A DNA stretch of 63,999 nucleotides, filler included, from Craspedostauros australis (Eukaryota): the NCBI GenBank assembly GCA_030167865.1. It is 9 parts of 9 records of this genome, joined end to end, with 100 filler letters (N's around TTAATTAATTAA, not from the genome) between each part and the next. Parts side by side here need not be neighbours in the genome. Positions count along the whole stretch, not along the records: positions 41,087 to 52,431 come from JALAGF010004115.1; positions 52,532 to 57,100 come from JALAGF010004116.1; 7 more parts are not named here. One strand, written 5' to 3'. Every line of letters starts with the position of its first letter. The stretch's first letter is position 1. This document shows, in pieces, positions 44,021 through 57,200 of the stretch. A program made the translations under genes and the position numbers. Under the pieces are notes generated by a model. The model was not told the origin of the DNA, made no database searches, and was given only the letters and a program-made list of their open reading frames with translations.

Positions 44021-47000
44021 ATGGGAGCATCATTCTCACGTCAGAAATTCCAGGCCGCGGTGACCACTCTGGTGGAAACCGATGTGAGCCCGGATGATGA
44101 GAAGTTCTGGGATCAGCTCTGGACGATCAACACCAGCACCAATGACATCTACGAGCTCATCCGTCCCGAACTTGCGAGGACGTTGCGGGAGGAACACTTT
44201 GAGAACCTCTGTGTGATGGTGTCTCAGGCCACAGCGCAGATGTGCCAGATCTCGCACACTCCAGAGGAGAAGTTCTTCGAGCAGGTCCTCAACTGCGTGC
44301 GTGTTGTCACGCGCATGCTGCCTATCATCCTCGAAAAAGGTAAGTTCTGCCAATACCACCTCCGCGTCTGTGCTTGTCATTTCATCTGCTCTACTTCGCT
44401 CATCAGCTCACGCATCATACCCACTCCATGCCCATCTCCCTTTCTGTCCGTGCATCTCGATACTTCGTCGACCCACTCTGCTCCATGCTATGCTATGCTA
44501 TGCTATGCCAATTCATTAATCAACTAACCAACCAACCCGACCGACAAAACACATGTGCACATAAAATCGCATTGCACCACATCGCAACGCATCTCAGAGG
44601 ACTTGGAAGATGTCGATGAGAACGTGGAGCTCTTCTGCTGGGGCATCCCAGACACAACTGGCCCCAAGTCGGAAGAAGAAGACGCCGTCATTGGCATGAC
44701 GCTCGACACGGCCATGTCGGATGCAGGTGACGACACCATTTCCAAACCTGGCGTTGCGGCAGACGAGGAAGCAGCTGCAGTGGTGGACAACATGGATGAC
44801 GAACCAATTGCAGTCCTCATCGTCCATGCTGCGATGGAGATGCTCTTCCTGCGAGGATTTGGCGTTGAGTTTGACGAGGAAGAATTGCAGACCCACATCT
44901 TGCGATTCAAGCAACGGTGCGACGATCGGCCGGAGTTCGCCGCCCTCAAGCCAGAGGATGACTATGCGATGACCTTCGTAGATGACGGCCTTCCGCTGCA
45001 ACCGGATGAACCATCGGAAATCTGGGCTGCCGGTTTGCTTGTGGAAGGATGCGCCCCGCCGAAGAGCCATGACTACAGCAAGACGAGCGACGGATCGACG
45101 AAGGCTGTCGAGGTTGACGAGACGTTGCCTTCACGCCGCAAGTACGACAGGCGACGCATGGAGGTCTTGCGAATGCTCATGTCCGCTTGTTGCGGACCGA
45201 TCTACTGCACGGCGGAGCACTACGACCCAACATCATCGAGATGGCTGTCGTTGCTCACGGCAACGAACACCCCACATGCCAGCAGTCTCTTCTACTCTCT
45301 CATGAACACTGTCTTCGGCTTCGACCCAGCCATGTACAAGTCCTTCATCTATTCAACATCGGCTGAGATCAGGGACAGCCACGTCAAGCTCATTGAAACA
45401 TCCGCCCAGTTCCTTTGCATTCTCCTCGATTGGGGACTGCCAGGATCCTGCGAGCAGATCTACGGCATCACAGGCCCCGTCGTCGAGAACTGCAAGGCCG
45501 AAGAGGAGGGTTTCAATATCCACCGCACCCTGCTTGCGCGCCTCGACACGGAAAACGAGCTCAGTTTCCTCTACGACGGTTTCTTGCGTCTGCTCAAGAC
45601 TTCGTACGAGGTTGAAGCCTCTTTCCTTCCTACATCGGCCGCCACGGTCAATTGCTTCCAAGAATTGGTCATCCTCCTCTGGAAGGCGATGGAGGAAAAC
45701 CCATTGTTCCTGCCGTACGTCCTCAACCAACGCGATGTGAACGAACTCCTCATCCCCATCTGTTACCTCATGAATGGAGCGCGCAAGGACCCCAGCCGCA
45801 GCAACATGGTCCACCTCTGCACCTTCATCCTGCTCAAATTGAGCAGCGAACGCGCATTTGGCATGGCGTTGCGCGAACCCACCACCGTCCAACTCCCCAC
45901 GGATCTGCCAAACACCTCCGGTGCCCAGCATGATCTGATCGCAAACACGATGTGGAACTGCATGATGGATGGTCACCCCAAACTCCAACCCCTGTACGAG
46001 GGTTTCCTCACCATCATCCAGAACATCTCGCCGTATTGGTGCAACATGAGCCTCACAACCGCCATGAAATTGATCACCATCTTCGGCGAATTCTCCAAGC
46101 ACAAATACCTGTACCAGGAAGATGATGCCGCGGAGGCCCGCCGGTACCTGGAGCACCTCTTGCAAACCTTCAACACGATCATCCACTATCAGTACCACAC
46201 CAACATCACTCTCATATACGCGCTCGTGAGAGGCAAGGTACGAACGGGCTCATCGGAGCAGTCTTTGCGGGCGATGGATTGGAAATGGACTGCTTCTCAT
46301 TCTGCACTCAGTGTTGGCAGCTTGGAGCGTCTTGTCGTGTGGACTGTAGCTGGTTGCATTTGTCCACTACGCATATGATCGGCCCAGCTTGGTGCAATAC
46401 ATTCCTTATTCTTTGAAAAGTTTGACTTTGGCCTGCTCCGCCCTCATCGAACAATCGTCCTTCTTGTTCTTTCTCCGCCTCCTTGCTTTTTCTACATCGA
46501 ATTGTGCTTGCTCCTTGCTACATTACTCTTCTACAGAAATTCTTTGATCGCATCAACAACATGACCCTCGAAAAGGCAGAGGAGGACATGAACAGGAACC
46601 TCGACACTATCGAAGAGGAAGACGAAGAGTCCGACGATGAGTTTGCTTGGGCGTTCATCGAGACCAGATCATCCGATGATGAAGACGACGACGAAAAAGA
46701 ACTTGGGCCGGCAGCCCCCGCTGCGGTTGCAACTGTGGTACCTTCCGCCCCGACCGCAGAAACCCCCGTCGCTGAAGTTCCCGCCCCAATCCAAGAGGCG
46801 AAGCCCGAGGAAGATGAAGAGAAGAAGGAAGATGACGAAGACGAAGACGACTTCGAAATCTTGGCCAACCGTTCTGTGGATTCTGGATGCGAGGCAAACG
46901 CAGACGAATTGTCGGAACCCGCCATGGAACAAGAAATGGGAATCGAAGTTGACATCTCTGTAAGCCCTTTCCTGATGAAACAAGAAGAAAACGAAGAAAA

Positions 47001-48099
47001 GGCAGAAAATTCCCAAGATGAAACTACTGACACGGCAGTTGCAGATGATGGTGCGCCCTCGGCCGAGATTCAGGCTGACGCCGAACCAGAAGAGGAAGAA
47101 AAGGCAGAGGCTGACGCAAAGACCACGAACGCTGATGATGCGCAGTTGGAGTCCGAATCTTCCCCGGACGCTGTGGAACATCAAGGTGCAGAGGTGGAGG
47201 CAGTAGCGGAGTCCGCAGCGGAGGCTGAGCCTGCCGCTGAATCCGAAGAAACTGAGCAAGACTCAACGCCGGCGCAGGATGTAACCGTTGACGCAGAGGA
47301 TGGAATGCCAGAAACCGCTGCGGACGAAGAGCCAAAGATGGCGGGCGTGATCATGGATGATACCGCGACTTCGGTCCCAGCAGAAGATGCTCCGAAGGAC
47401 GATGCAGAAGCCGTCAACGAAGATGAACCCCAGAAACAGAGCGCTATCGCCGAAGAAGGGGCGGAGGAGACCGTCGCAACAGACGACGAACCGAAGGTGG
47501 AGGACGACGCCATTGATGGGGTACCAGTCAGCGGCGTGACAAAGGAAGACGACGGCGCAGATCGCCAAGTCAAGGAAGAAACACCAGAAGCACATGCAGC
47601 AGACCAAGCCGACGAAGCGAAGCACGACGGCGGTGCCGAAGATGAGAAGGACGATGCAGAAGATACAGGTATTGATTTCCAACGCCCAGAAGCAGTCGCG
47701 GCAGCCATCAACTACTTCGCTGGCATCGTCCCCAAGAAGACAGAGTTCCGACCATCCCAAGAATGGCTGGAGGAACTGGAAGACGCGCTGCCCATGGAGA
47801 CCGTCACACGCTTGATCGAATACGCCTACCCGATGGTGGACGAGGACATCGCCAAGAACAAGGACATCATCGATGAGAATAAGATCATGGCCATGCTGAA
47901 GAAGACCACCTTCGTGGGTGTCTTGCCTGTGCCGCACGCCATCCTCGTGCAAAAGTTCAATCCCAACAAGTACACGCCGGTGTGGGTGACTGCGTACCTG
48001 TGGGGTGTGATCTTCTTGAACAACCAGGAGCCACCGCTGTTCGATGGAAAATGTGTTCAGTTGTTCCAGGTCAGGACGCAAAAGGCGGAGAACCAGTAA
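44021..48099 (+). CDS. HID1: HID1/Ecm30 family Golgi protein with long acidic insertion; exons 44021-44339, 44598-46237, 46537-48099
   Basis: N-terminal MGASFS (myristoylation-like), FWDQLW, VLNCVRVVTRMLP, HLCTFILLKLSSERAFG and C-terminal PVPHAILVQKF..WGVIFL..PPLFD..VQLF. Both GT-AG introns keep the frame. Confidence 0.9.
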
Positions 48100-49607
48100 A
48101 TGACTAGGGTCGACGATGGAGACTTGCACTCCGAAGAAGTCGCAACAGCAACAGCTGCACTAATCGCAAATTCGAGTCCCTGTGATCGTTGTGACAAGGA
48201 TGATGTACTCGTAGCGGAGGATTCACACCGTGGGCTCTTTTCCATGGTGCATACACGTGCAATTAGGAGCTGAGAGACAGCATCTGTGAAAAGTTTTGCA
48301 GTACCTTGAACAAATAGTCGTTAGTATCGAAACACACTTATGGTATGCGGCAGTGCTGTCATCGCTGCAGAGCGTCGGACGTCGTGGCTTCGTGTTGGCG
48401 GCAGGATGCTTGGCCGTTGCAGAGGTTGCACTAGTCCAACCGTTCACCAACGAGCTTCGCTATGCCTTCGCCAGCCCGCGCGAGTAGGCTCTCTCCGCAG
48501 TCCTCTTCTCCAGGATGTTGCAGGTCTCGCGTCCCTTGAGCTCGTCGGATGTGCTGGTTGACGCCAGATTTCACTCCGGCCAAGGCTCCTGGGACGCGTT
48601 CTTTGTCCCGTTCGTTCAGGCGCCGTGCGTCCACAGTCACATTGAACCGGCCGTTCACAATGCTGTCGGACTCTAGATTGGATGACAGCTGGGTCTGGAT
48701 ACATGTAATCGTATGGCACTATACACGATGAGGCACTTGCAGCATGAAGGCCGCGACCAATGCATCGAACAGCAGCCTCTTGTGCCGTTCGTGACATCGA
48801 TAGCGAAAAGCAAGAACCGCAGCATGTTTGCCAAAGAACGAAACAGTTTTGGCGCGAAGCAAAACACGGACGAAGCATCCGAACGAAGTACAGACCGAGA
48901 CACAAGACATGAAACATCTCCGGAACGTGAAATGACGTCATTATGTCAATTGGACCGTGTTCGTGTCGAACGATTCATTTTCATCTCGCACGCCCGACGG
49001 ACAGACTGAGCAAGCCAACCATCCAAAAAATGTCAAAGGAAGAGAATCATGTTCGGTTGCGCTCTCTTGTCTTTCCCCTTTTGAAGTACATCGTCAGTCT
49101 TCTTTCGCCACCACACAGAACCACGATGTCTCAATCACCACTCACATCATCTCCACCATCCACGTGGGAGAAGCTGCGAAAGAACAGAACCTTTGATTGT
49201 TGTCCGCTCTTCCGCTTCCGTGCGTGTGGAGAACGGCAATCACAACAGTGACATCAGTCTCACCTCAGAAGCAGCTGCAACGAGACCGCCGTCATCGCCC
49301 TCGCAATCTCCAACTGCCGATCAGCACAGCCACCCATTGAATCTCCAGCATTCGGACATCGTGCCGATCCGTCTCTTCTTCCTTCGTCTGACCTCCCTTC
49401 ACTCATTGTTCGCAGCAATCCAAGCTGCCACCAATCGAAGGCCACCAACACAAAGCCATCAACCAAAGAACAGTCACCGGCACCTTGCTCGTACGAATAC
49501 ATCAACGATCGCAAGCTTCAACGGCACAAATTCATTCCAAGCATCCTCCAACCTCTTGAGAACCACACTTGCATCGACTCTGCTCATCGTATTCCACACC
49601 TTCCGCA

Positions 49608-51632
49608 ATGGTCCGATTCAGCAATGCTTGCGTCCAACGTCTCGCCACCAGAACCCTGCTCTGCATCGCGGTTAGGAGTGGTTCTTCCATGGTAGCGGCC
49701 TTCTCCGTGGCGCCCTCGCGGGGTCTGTCGACCGCAACCAACCACTTCCCGGCGTCCAGCGTTGCCGTCCAGCAACGATCGGTGGCATTGCGCGAAGGCG
49801 GCCAGGATGATATCGATGCATGGTATGCCGACTTCGATGTCTCCGATTTCAACGTCGAAGACTTCGACAAAAACGCCAACCGCGACTATGATGACGACAG
49901 AAACGGCGGCGGCGGCGGCCGCGGATACCGCGACAATAACAGTAACAACAACAACTACAACCGAGGTGGTGGTGGCGGCGGCTACCGCAATAGTGGCGGC
50001 AACCGGAATGCCGGTGGCAGAAACGGTGGAGGCAGATCTCGCGACCGACCGGATTACTCGCGAGATTTCGATGCAGATCAATCCAATGTCGATGAGAGCA
50101 CCGTCACCACCCTGATCGAGCAACGCGACAAGGCTCGCTCGACCGGACGCTTCGAGGAGGCTGACTCGATCCGCGACACGCTGCTCGAGACCCACGGCGT
50201 CATGGTCCGCGACAAGGACCGCAAATGGAGATCGGGATGCTCCGATTCAGGCTCTGGGCGCGGCTGGCTCAGCTTCCGCGATGACAACGGCAGGGGCAAT
50301 TCTCGCTTCGACAACAATCCACGAGGTGGCGGTCGTGGCCGCGGGCGTGAGATCGACTTCGGGCCCACCGGACACGACTACGTTGTCTCGCCGGATGCCG
50401 GCCCGAACGAGTCCTCTCTGTCGGAAGACCAGATCAACCAGCTCATTGCGGAACGGCTGCAGTTCAAGCTGCGTCGCAACTTCCGTCCGGCCGATGACAT
50501 CCAGGAGCAGCTGGTTGCATCCGGTGTCTTCGTGCACGACGGCCGCAAGGAATGGCGCGCCGATGGCATTGGCTTCGGCAACGCCATCGATGCCCGCGCC
50601 GATGGCAAGCCCGCCAGAGAGGCCGGTCCATTCCGCATGGCCACCACGTCACAGCCGACCGAATCGGAGGAGATCATCCAGGCACTCATCGAAGAGCGCA
50701 ACGAGGCGAGGAAGAACCGCAACTACGACCTCGCCGACGACATCCGCGACGAGCTACGGGAGGAGTACAATGTCGAGGTCCGAGACCGTCTCCGCCAGTG
50801 GAGCGTCGGCGGCGAGTTCGAACCAGAGAATGGCCGTGCCAACGACGGGCCGACCCACTCCGGCTTCCGCTTCCGTGGCGGTCAGCCGCTGTCCCCCGAG
50901 GAGCTCCGGGAGGTGACGCAGATGCTCGAGCTGCGCGCCGACCTGAAGGTTCAGCGGAAGTTCGCCAAGTGCGACCAGATCCGCGATCGCCTCCGCAATC
51001 AGTACAAGATCGGCATCGACGACCGAAATCGCGAATTCTACAGCGTGAACGGGGAGTACAGCGAGTCCGATGTCTCCGTCGAGCTGGATGAGCTCACCAG
51101 GGCGTACGTCCAACAGCAAATGGACAAGAGATCACTGGCCAAGCTGGAGGGCGAGTTCGACGCGGCCGATGCCATCCGTGACGAGCTGCGCGACGACTAC
51201 CTCATCGAAATCAACGATAGGACGAAGCAGTGGACCGCGTTGCCATCGGAAGAGGACGAAGTCGATGGTGACGACGATGGTGACGACGATGGGGAGTACG
51301 AGGTTGTGGATGCAACGGAATTCGAAGAAACAGAAGCAGCAGCAGCAGCAAAAGACGATGATGCCGATGCCACTGCTTTTGAAAGCGACGAAGGCGTCGA
51401 GGAAGTCGGTGACGACGTTGGTGCCGAAGACGTCCTGAACGATTGGGAAGAAGCTGAAGAAGAGGACGAAGAGGAAGTGGAAGTAGAAGCAGAGGAACCT
51501 GCCGCCGGTGACCTGGACGAAGAAGACCTGGAGGTCAAGACTGTCGCCCAATTGAAGGAACTTCTGAAGGAGAGAGGACTGAAAGTCAGCGGGAAGAAGG
51601 CCGAGCTAATCGAGAGGCTGCAGACGGCGTAG
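49608..51632 (+). CDS. Putative plastid-targeted nucleic-acid-binding protein: RGG region, five CysRS anticodon-domain-like repeats, acidic tract, C-terminal SAP domain
   Basis: ATG at 49608 and a VAA|FSVAP motif. Repeats follow the pattern li.eR..ar..r.f..AD.IRd.L....v.i.D....W. The SAP domain is KTVAQLKELLKERGLKVSGKKAELIERL. Confidence 0.85.
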   Translation: MVRFSNACVQRLATRTLLCIAVRSGSSMVAAFSVAPSRGLSTATNHFPASSVAVQQRSVALREGGQDDIDAWYADFDVSDFNVEDFDKNANRDYDDDRNGGGGGRGYRDNNSNNNNYNRGGGGGGYRNSGGNRNAGGRNGGGRSRDRPDYSRDFDADQSNVDESTVTTLIEQRDKARSTGRFEEADSIRDTLLETHGVMVRDKDRKWRSGCSDSGSGRGWLSFRDDNGRGNSRFDNNPRGGGRGRGREIDFGPTGHDYVVSPDAGPNESSLSEDQINQLIAERLQFKLRRNFRPADDIQEQLVASGVFVHDGRKEWRADGIGFGNAIDARADGKPAREAGPFRMATTSQPTESEEIIQALIEERNEARKNRNYDLADDIRDELREEYNVEVRDRLRQWSVGGEFEPENGRANDGPTHSGFRFRGGQPLSPEELREVTQMLELRADLKVQRKFAKCDQIRDRLRNQYKIGIDDRNREFYSVNGEYSESDVSVELDELTRAYVQQQMDKRSLAKLEGEFDAADAIRDELRDDYLIEINDRTKQWTALPSEEDEVDGDDDGDDDGEYEVVDATEFEETEAAAAAKDDDADATAFESDEGVEEVGDDVGAEDVLNDWEEAEEEDEEEVEVEAEEPAAGDLDEEDLEVKTVAQLKELLKERGLKVSGKKAELIERLQTA

Positions 51633-52323
51633 AATACCAATAGTAGCGCAAGGCACCAGCATGATGAGATTCATTGCATGTGCTCGTACTCTGTGGTAAA
51701 GTGTGCAACCCTCCAGGTAGGTTACTAGTGCAACAACTCTCCTCTCTGTCTTTGTCCCTCTCTCTCTCTGTTCTGCGTGGGAGTATAGTAAAGTACTGTG
51801 GTCTACTCAAAACCATACGATCTCGAGAGTACCACCATTGCCAACCACCAAAATGTTGTCACATAGCAGGTCGCTCTCCTCTCCTCCACCATCACCTTAC
51901 TTTACGCTCTACACTTTGCACTCTGCACTCTATTCTATACCCTCCAGCCACTATGATCCCCCTCCCTTCATTGCTGGAGTGGTACTGGTGGGTTTTGGGG
52001 CTCTGTGGTTTGTGAAGCGTATCACGACTGAAACGAGAGTCGGCATGGTGCCACGACTGGGAACGAGGAAGCGTTTCTCCACTTTCCTCGTGTCGTACCA
52101 CCATGAGCCGCTGAGGGAGAGGACCCCACAAGGGAAGCGCGGTAAATACGTTATAGGCGTCGTTTTCCTATGGGACTCCATCAGTAGTCCAAGTAGTCCG
52201 TGTCGGACACGTCGATTGTCTACAACGTACTACCATAGTCATCCCATCAGCATTGTTTGATCACGGCTAATCCATGTATTCGCTAAATGTGTTATTGTTG
52301 TTTGTGTGTGTTTTGGGGGTCAT

Positions 52324-52431
52324 CTACTCGGTCTGTGTGCTTTCGTCTTCGTCTTCGTCTTCGTCTTCGTCGAAGTTCTCCTCTTCTTCGTAGTCGTATT
52401 CGTCCTCGCTTTCGCTGTCGCTGTCGCTAGC
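52324..52431 (-). CDS. Acidic C-terminus of a gene truncated by the contig end
   Basis: The minus frame from the contig edge reads ASDSDSESEDEYDYEEEENFDEDEDEDEDESTQTE* (TAG 52324-52326). Confidence 0.5.
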   Translation of the reverse strand, partial: ASDSDSESEDEYDYEEEENFDEDEDEDEDESTQTE

Positions 52432-52531
52432 NNNNNNNNNNNNNNNNNNNNNNNNNNNNNNNNNNNNNNNNNNNNTTAATTAATTAANNNNNNNNNNNNN
52501 NNNNNNNNNNNNNNNNNNNNNNNNNNNNNNN

Positions 52532-53800
52532 TGATGGAACGATGGAATGATGGAACGATGGATGAATTGGGAGTTTGGTGGAGTGGTGGGAACACTGGGG
52601 ATGTGCACGGCGACACTTTCAGCCACACCTCCAACTACAATCACAATCACAATCGAAGTGCGAGTGCGAGCGCAAGTGCAATCAAAGTCGAAGATGGGAT
52701 GAATGGTTTGGCATGAAAGGTGCAGCCAACTTGCTCCTTCCTTCCTCCTTCCTCTTATTCGCTTCTTCTTCCTCTCTTTCATCCTTCTGTTTTCTTCCAT
52801 CTCACCATTTTCCCCACTTCTCCAACCACGACAACACAGAACAAGCGATAAAAAGAGAAAACAACAAGGAACAATCCCAACAGCCCAGAAAAGCGCGGGA
52901 CAACACCAACACAACACGCTTGCGCACACGCCAACGTACACGCCAACGTACACGCTCGCGTACGTTACACGCTCGCACAAGCACAACAACACACCAACCA
53001 ACCAAAGCCGGCCACGATCACATTCGTGATCCACACAAACTAACCATGAACAATGCACACACATGTCAGAATACATCCAGTCCCGATTGATATTCGTCGA
53101 TCGATCCATCCAATCGTTTTTAAATCACGACTCGCTCGTCGACCGGCGCGCACGCGACATGGCCCGAAGGGATAACGTGGCGCTTTGTGGCACATCGTCA
53201 CACTGCGTGGAACGATATCACGATTCGCAAACGCGTCGCCGTTGTGTCGTGACGTTATTGGAGGCAGCATGCACGACCTCAACCACATCACAATTTACGG
53301 TGGATTCAGGCTACTATACTTGTTTGCACAGGTCCACACACATCAAATCAAAAACAACACAAGACAACAACACAAGGCATGAAGAGCAAGAAGAGCATGC
53401 AAGGTATAACACCATACTCGCCCAAGTGAAAGCAGGAGCGAGATTGCGATCATGACCATCAAACAAACGATACTCATCATACCAAGCAGTCGCTGGTCCA
53501 CCAAGGATCTTCGAGAATTGGATGATGGGAAATACAGACGGCAATAACAGCGGCTGCAGCTTGGCAGGGAAGTGTGATGAACAGAGAAGATGAAACGCAA
53601 CCGTGCTTGACCATGTCGATGATTCCAGTGAAATGAAAGGTTCGGGCGCTGGAATCCGGTGGATGGCAGTGTTGCTGTTGAACGTTGGTGATCGTTGTGA
53701 ATGTCCAAGTCACATTTGCCTGCGTACTCCACTGTGATCTACTCGCGCTCCCTACGGATATCCATGATGATGCACGGCGCGCTCATTGTGATGATCTGCA
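52532..53800. repeat. Interspersed repeat/duplicated segment, copy B
   Basis: See 41087-42350; the offset is 11445 in the identical part. Confidence 0.9.
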
Positions 53801-53984
53801 GCTCATGCTATCGTACCGAGATTGATCTATTCAAAGCAAGGATCGCAACTATCGTATCACTCTACCGGACATAGCACCAGCACGCACGACTCATCAAAAC
53901 AGAGCCGGCCTCCTTTTTCCAGTGCCTGTGAATAGGTTTAGAGTAGAGCAATTCAAACCCTCGATGAACTTTGCGAGGACCCTT

Positions 53985-56867
53985 TTATGGCTGATCGACA
54001 GTCCAAGATTGACTGGATAGCATGGCTTCGGTTGCTTCGCTGGACCTTCTGGCCTGCTTTCTGCGGCTTGACCTTGCTGGTCTTCTGAATCGCGATAGAG
54101 CTTTTCGAAGGAATTGACGCGTTCGAGGATCGTACCATCGCCGGGCGTGTCGAGATCTGTTCATGCTATCGATGATGCCGTCGGTCACAGCGCTTGTTGA
54201 CGCTACCGTTCCGTGGCGCACCGGAGCTGCATTAGGTTCACTGGAAAGACGCCAATGCCTTTGATCTCTTTGATGATGGTGGTGGTGATGCTGTTGTTGA
54301 TGTTGTTGTTGTTGCTGCTGACGCATGGCACTCAGATACTGTTCAGCAATGACTCCTCTGGGCTTAGAATCGGTTGCGGTACGATTGATGTCTATGGAGT
54401 CAATCCCATCCATCAGGCCGCTGATGCTGCTGCCACCGCTGCTGCCGCCGCTACTCGTGGACAGGGAACTGGAAAAGGGCACCCAGTCCGGAGGTGCCGA
54501 ATTGCCGCTGTAAGAGCTGTTAATCTCGCCATGACATTCGTCGCAGTCGCCAATGCCCTTACTACCACCGTGCGAGCGCTCTTGGTCATCACACACTCGA
54601 GTTTCCGAGATGTAAGCGTGTTCGGAGAGGAAACAGGCGATTTCCTCCAAGATCTGGAGCGTATCTGAATCGCGTTCGATCTTGGATTGCTCAAAGAAGG
54701 TTTCCAGAAAGGGATCAATAGCGTAGGTCCAATGGTCGATATTGTTGGACGGCGTTTTGCCTGCAAGGCTGGTTGCGGTCGCTGCGTGGATTGTGGAGGA
54801 GGAGGGGATCGCGAGGCTGCGTTGGTGTTCGTTGGCTTCGGTTGCGTGCTTCCTTGCCAGCTGTATTCGTATGGATCTCGTGACCGCTTGCAGCATCTTG
54901 GTGTAAAAAGCGCCACGGTTCTCTACCTTGGTCATGTGCCGCACCAGAACACCGTATTGCTTTGACAATTCTCCATGCGCGTTGTCATAGATGACGACCT
55001 CCGCCATGAGGTTGCTGACCTGCAGGCAAGGCGCCAGCATAAGCTGCGGAGGACCTGACTTGACGTAGAGGTAGTAGTCCTCGGAGCGCCTTGGATGGAT
55101 TGGGATGGTGATGTTGATCCAAGTCTCTGCCGCATCCAGGAATCCCTGAGCTGGTACGCTGGGTATGCTTTCAATGGGGCTTGCCCAAAGCACTCGCCCT
55201 CCATCAAAGGGCAAGTTGTTGTGGTCGTGGATGCATTTCCCAACCTCGTGCGCGACGACATAGAACTCACCCCGCCGGATGAAGCTATGGGTATTCAACG
55301 ACCAAGAGCCTTGGCAATGGGGAGAGTCAGCAGTTGATTCAGATTTAGCGATTGAATCAATGATCGAGTGAAGCCGGTTCGGTGGGGGTGTGGCCAGTGG
55401 CCACCCCATCGAGAAGAATGACGTTGAGAAAATTAAGAAAGGACGAGAGACACAGAGTGAGTTGGAAGATACTACTCTAAGTCGTCGTATGTGCGTGAGC
55501 AGAAGGAGGTAAGGTGTGGAACGATACATTCATCCCGTGGAGTGAACGTATCGAGAAGGCATGATTCCAAGAATCGTGGGAGCCCTGCTACCATGCACCG
55601 CGGGTATGCAGCACAGAGGGGCACGAGCGTACCAATACGATGCGAAAGTATCCTCACGGACGGACGTCCAAGTGCATCCGTACGATACGAACATACGGTG
55701 CGAACATACAACATGAGGATACGACAGGATAGCATCGCAACATCGTCATGACAGCTCACCTGTCAGGGTGATGGAATGTGTGCGTCCTCGAAAGTGCGGT
55801 ATCTTGGGGCCTCGTCGCACATCGCTGAAATCTCCGATGCGAGTGTTGGTGTTAGTATCGTCGTTGCCAGTTGCCGCAGGTGCATTCGCAGTACGACGGT
55901 TTGCTCGTTCGTTGTTGCGACGGCTGTGGCGGTTGTAACGGGTGGACGCATAACTCCTCCGGATCGTTGGCCCTCGTCTCTTCGATGTCGTGTATTCCCC
56001 AGTCCCGTGCCATGATTTGAAGGCAATCTTCATGCATATCTCCGACAAACAGAGGTCATCTTGCATGGCCTTGCACGACTTGGAGGCGCTCCTCGCATCG
56101 AGAACCGAGAGGTAGGAAGCGATCTTTTGCTTGAGGCATTGCGGCAGGTGCTGTATCGACGTGCTTCCCGAACGCGGCGTATGCTCGGTGTGCTTGATAT
56201 GCTGGACGTGTCGATCTGACTCTTCCGTCTGGTCTTCCTGGCCATGCTCTTGCCGATGAGTCTGGGGAACAGTCTGAAGAACAGCCTGGCCACTCTGATC
56301 AGCAAGGTCGTCGACCACCTTCTCTCCGGATGCACTTTCATCATCAACGAGTGGACCGGCGCACGATGGATCAACAGGGTTGCTCATCTGATGGCCAGGG
56401 GAGGCTGCGGAAAGCGAGGCAACAGGGAGGTGGGCGACGGAAGACATGCTCGGGGAGGGATGCTCGAATGCGTACGCGCGCCAATACTCATGGACGCCTG
56501 GGGCGCTAGGATGGATAGGTGAAAGCCGGAGGGAGTAATTCGCCGTCGGTGTCACCTTTGCGTCTTTCTTCGCATCAACAGCAATACTGCTCAGGAACAG
56601 ATTCCATAAATCTGTAGCTGTGGCTATGACTGAGTATTGGTATGATACTGCTATTGCTGTTGATGCTGCTGACGTTGTTGATGTCGTTGATGTCGTTGGT
56701 GGCAGGTTTGTGACGAAAAGAGGAAGGCCAAAAGTTGTTGTCCCCGAGTTGCTTCTTGAGTTTGTGGGATTTAGGTGCCCAATCATCGCGATCTGATCGC
56801 CAAACACGATGCGCTCACTGCATAGCGTCTTCTCATCCTCTTGGGAAGCGCGGTAAAGACACCACAT
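53985..56867 (-). CDS. F-box domain protein; two ORFs joined by intron 55310-55759 (true start uncertain)
   Basis: F-box-like IQHLPQCLKQKIASYLSVLDARSASKSCKAM. Donor ACAG|gtgagc at 55759 and acceptor ctgac...ccaag|GC at 55310 give in-frame HSITLT-G-SWSLNTH. Confidence 0.7.
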
Positions 56868-57200
56868 GTGTCGATTTGTACTTTATTCACGCTTGAAGCG
56901 TGTTGTGCCGTGCTTTGTTCGTTCGGATCATCGACTCATGCGACTACTAGAGCACGCCTTTCCCGTGTCGGCGTGATGTTGCGCTTATTGATGTGCGTGC
57001 CCTGGGCGTTGTCCAGCACCATGTGAACGTGCCAATGACGTCCGCTTTGCTCTCCTTCCATCCCCTCGTGTCTGCTCCAAGACATCCCCATTCCCATACA
57101 NNNNNNNNNNNNNNNNNNNNNNNNNNNNNNNNNNNNNNNNNNNNTTAATTAATTAANNNNNNNNNNNNNNNNNNNNNNNNNNNNNNNNNNNNNNNNNNNN

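Noticed and set aside
49608..51632. Annotation as cysteine--tRNA ligase
   Set aside because: Only anticodon-domain-like repeats are present; there is no HIGH/KMSKS catalytic domain.
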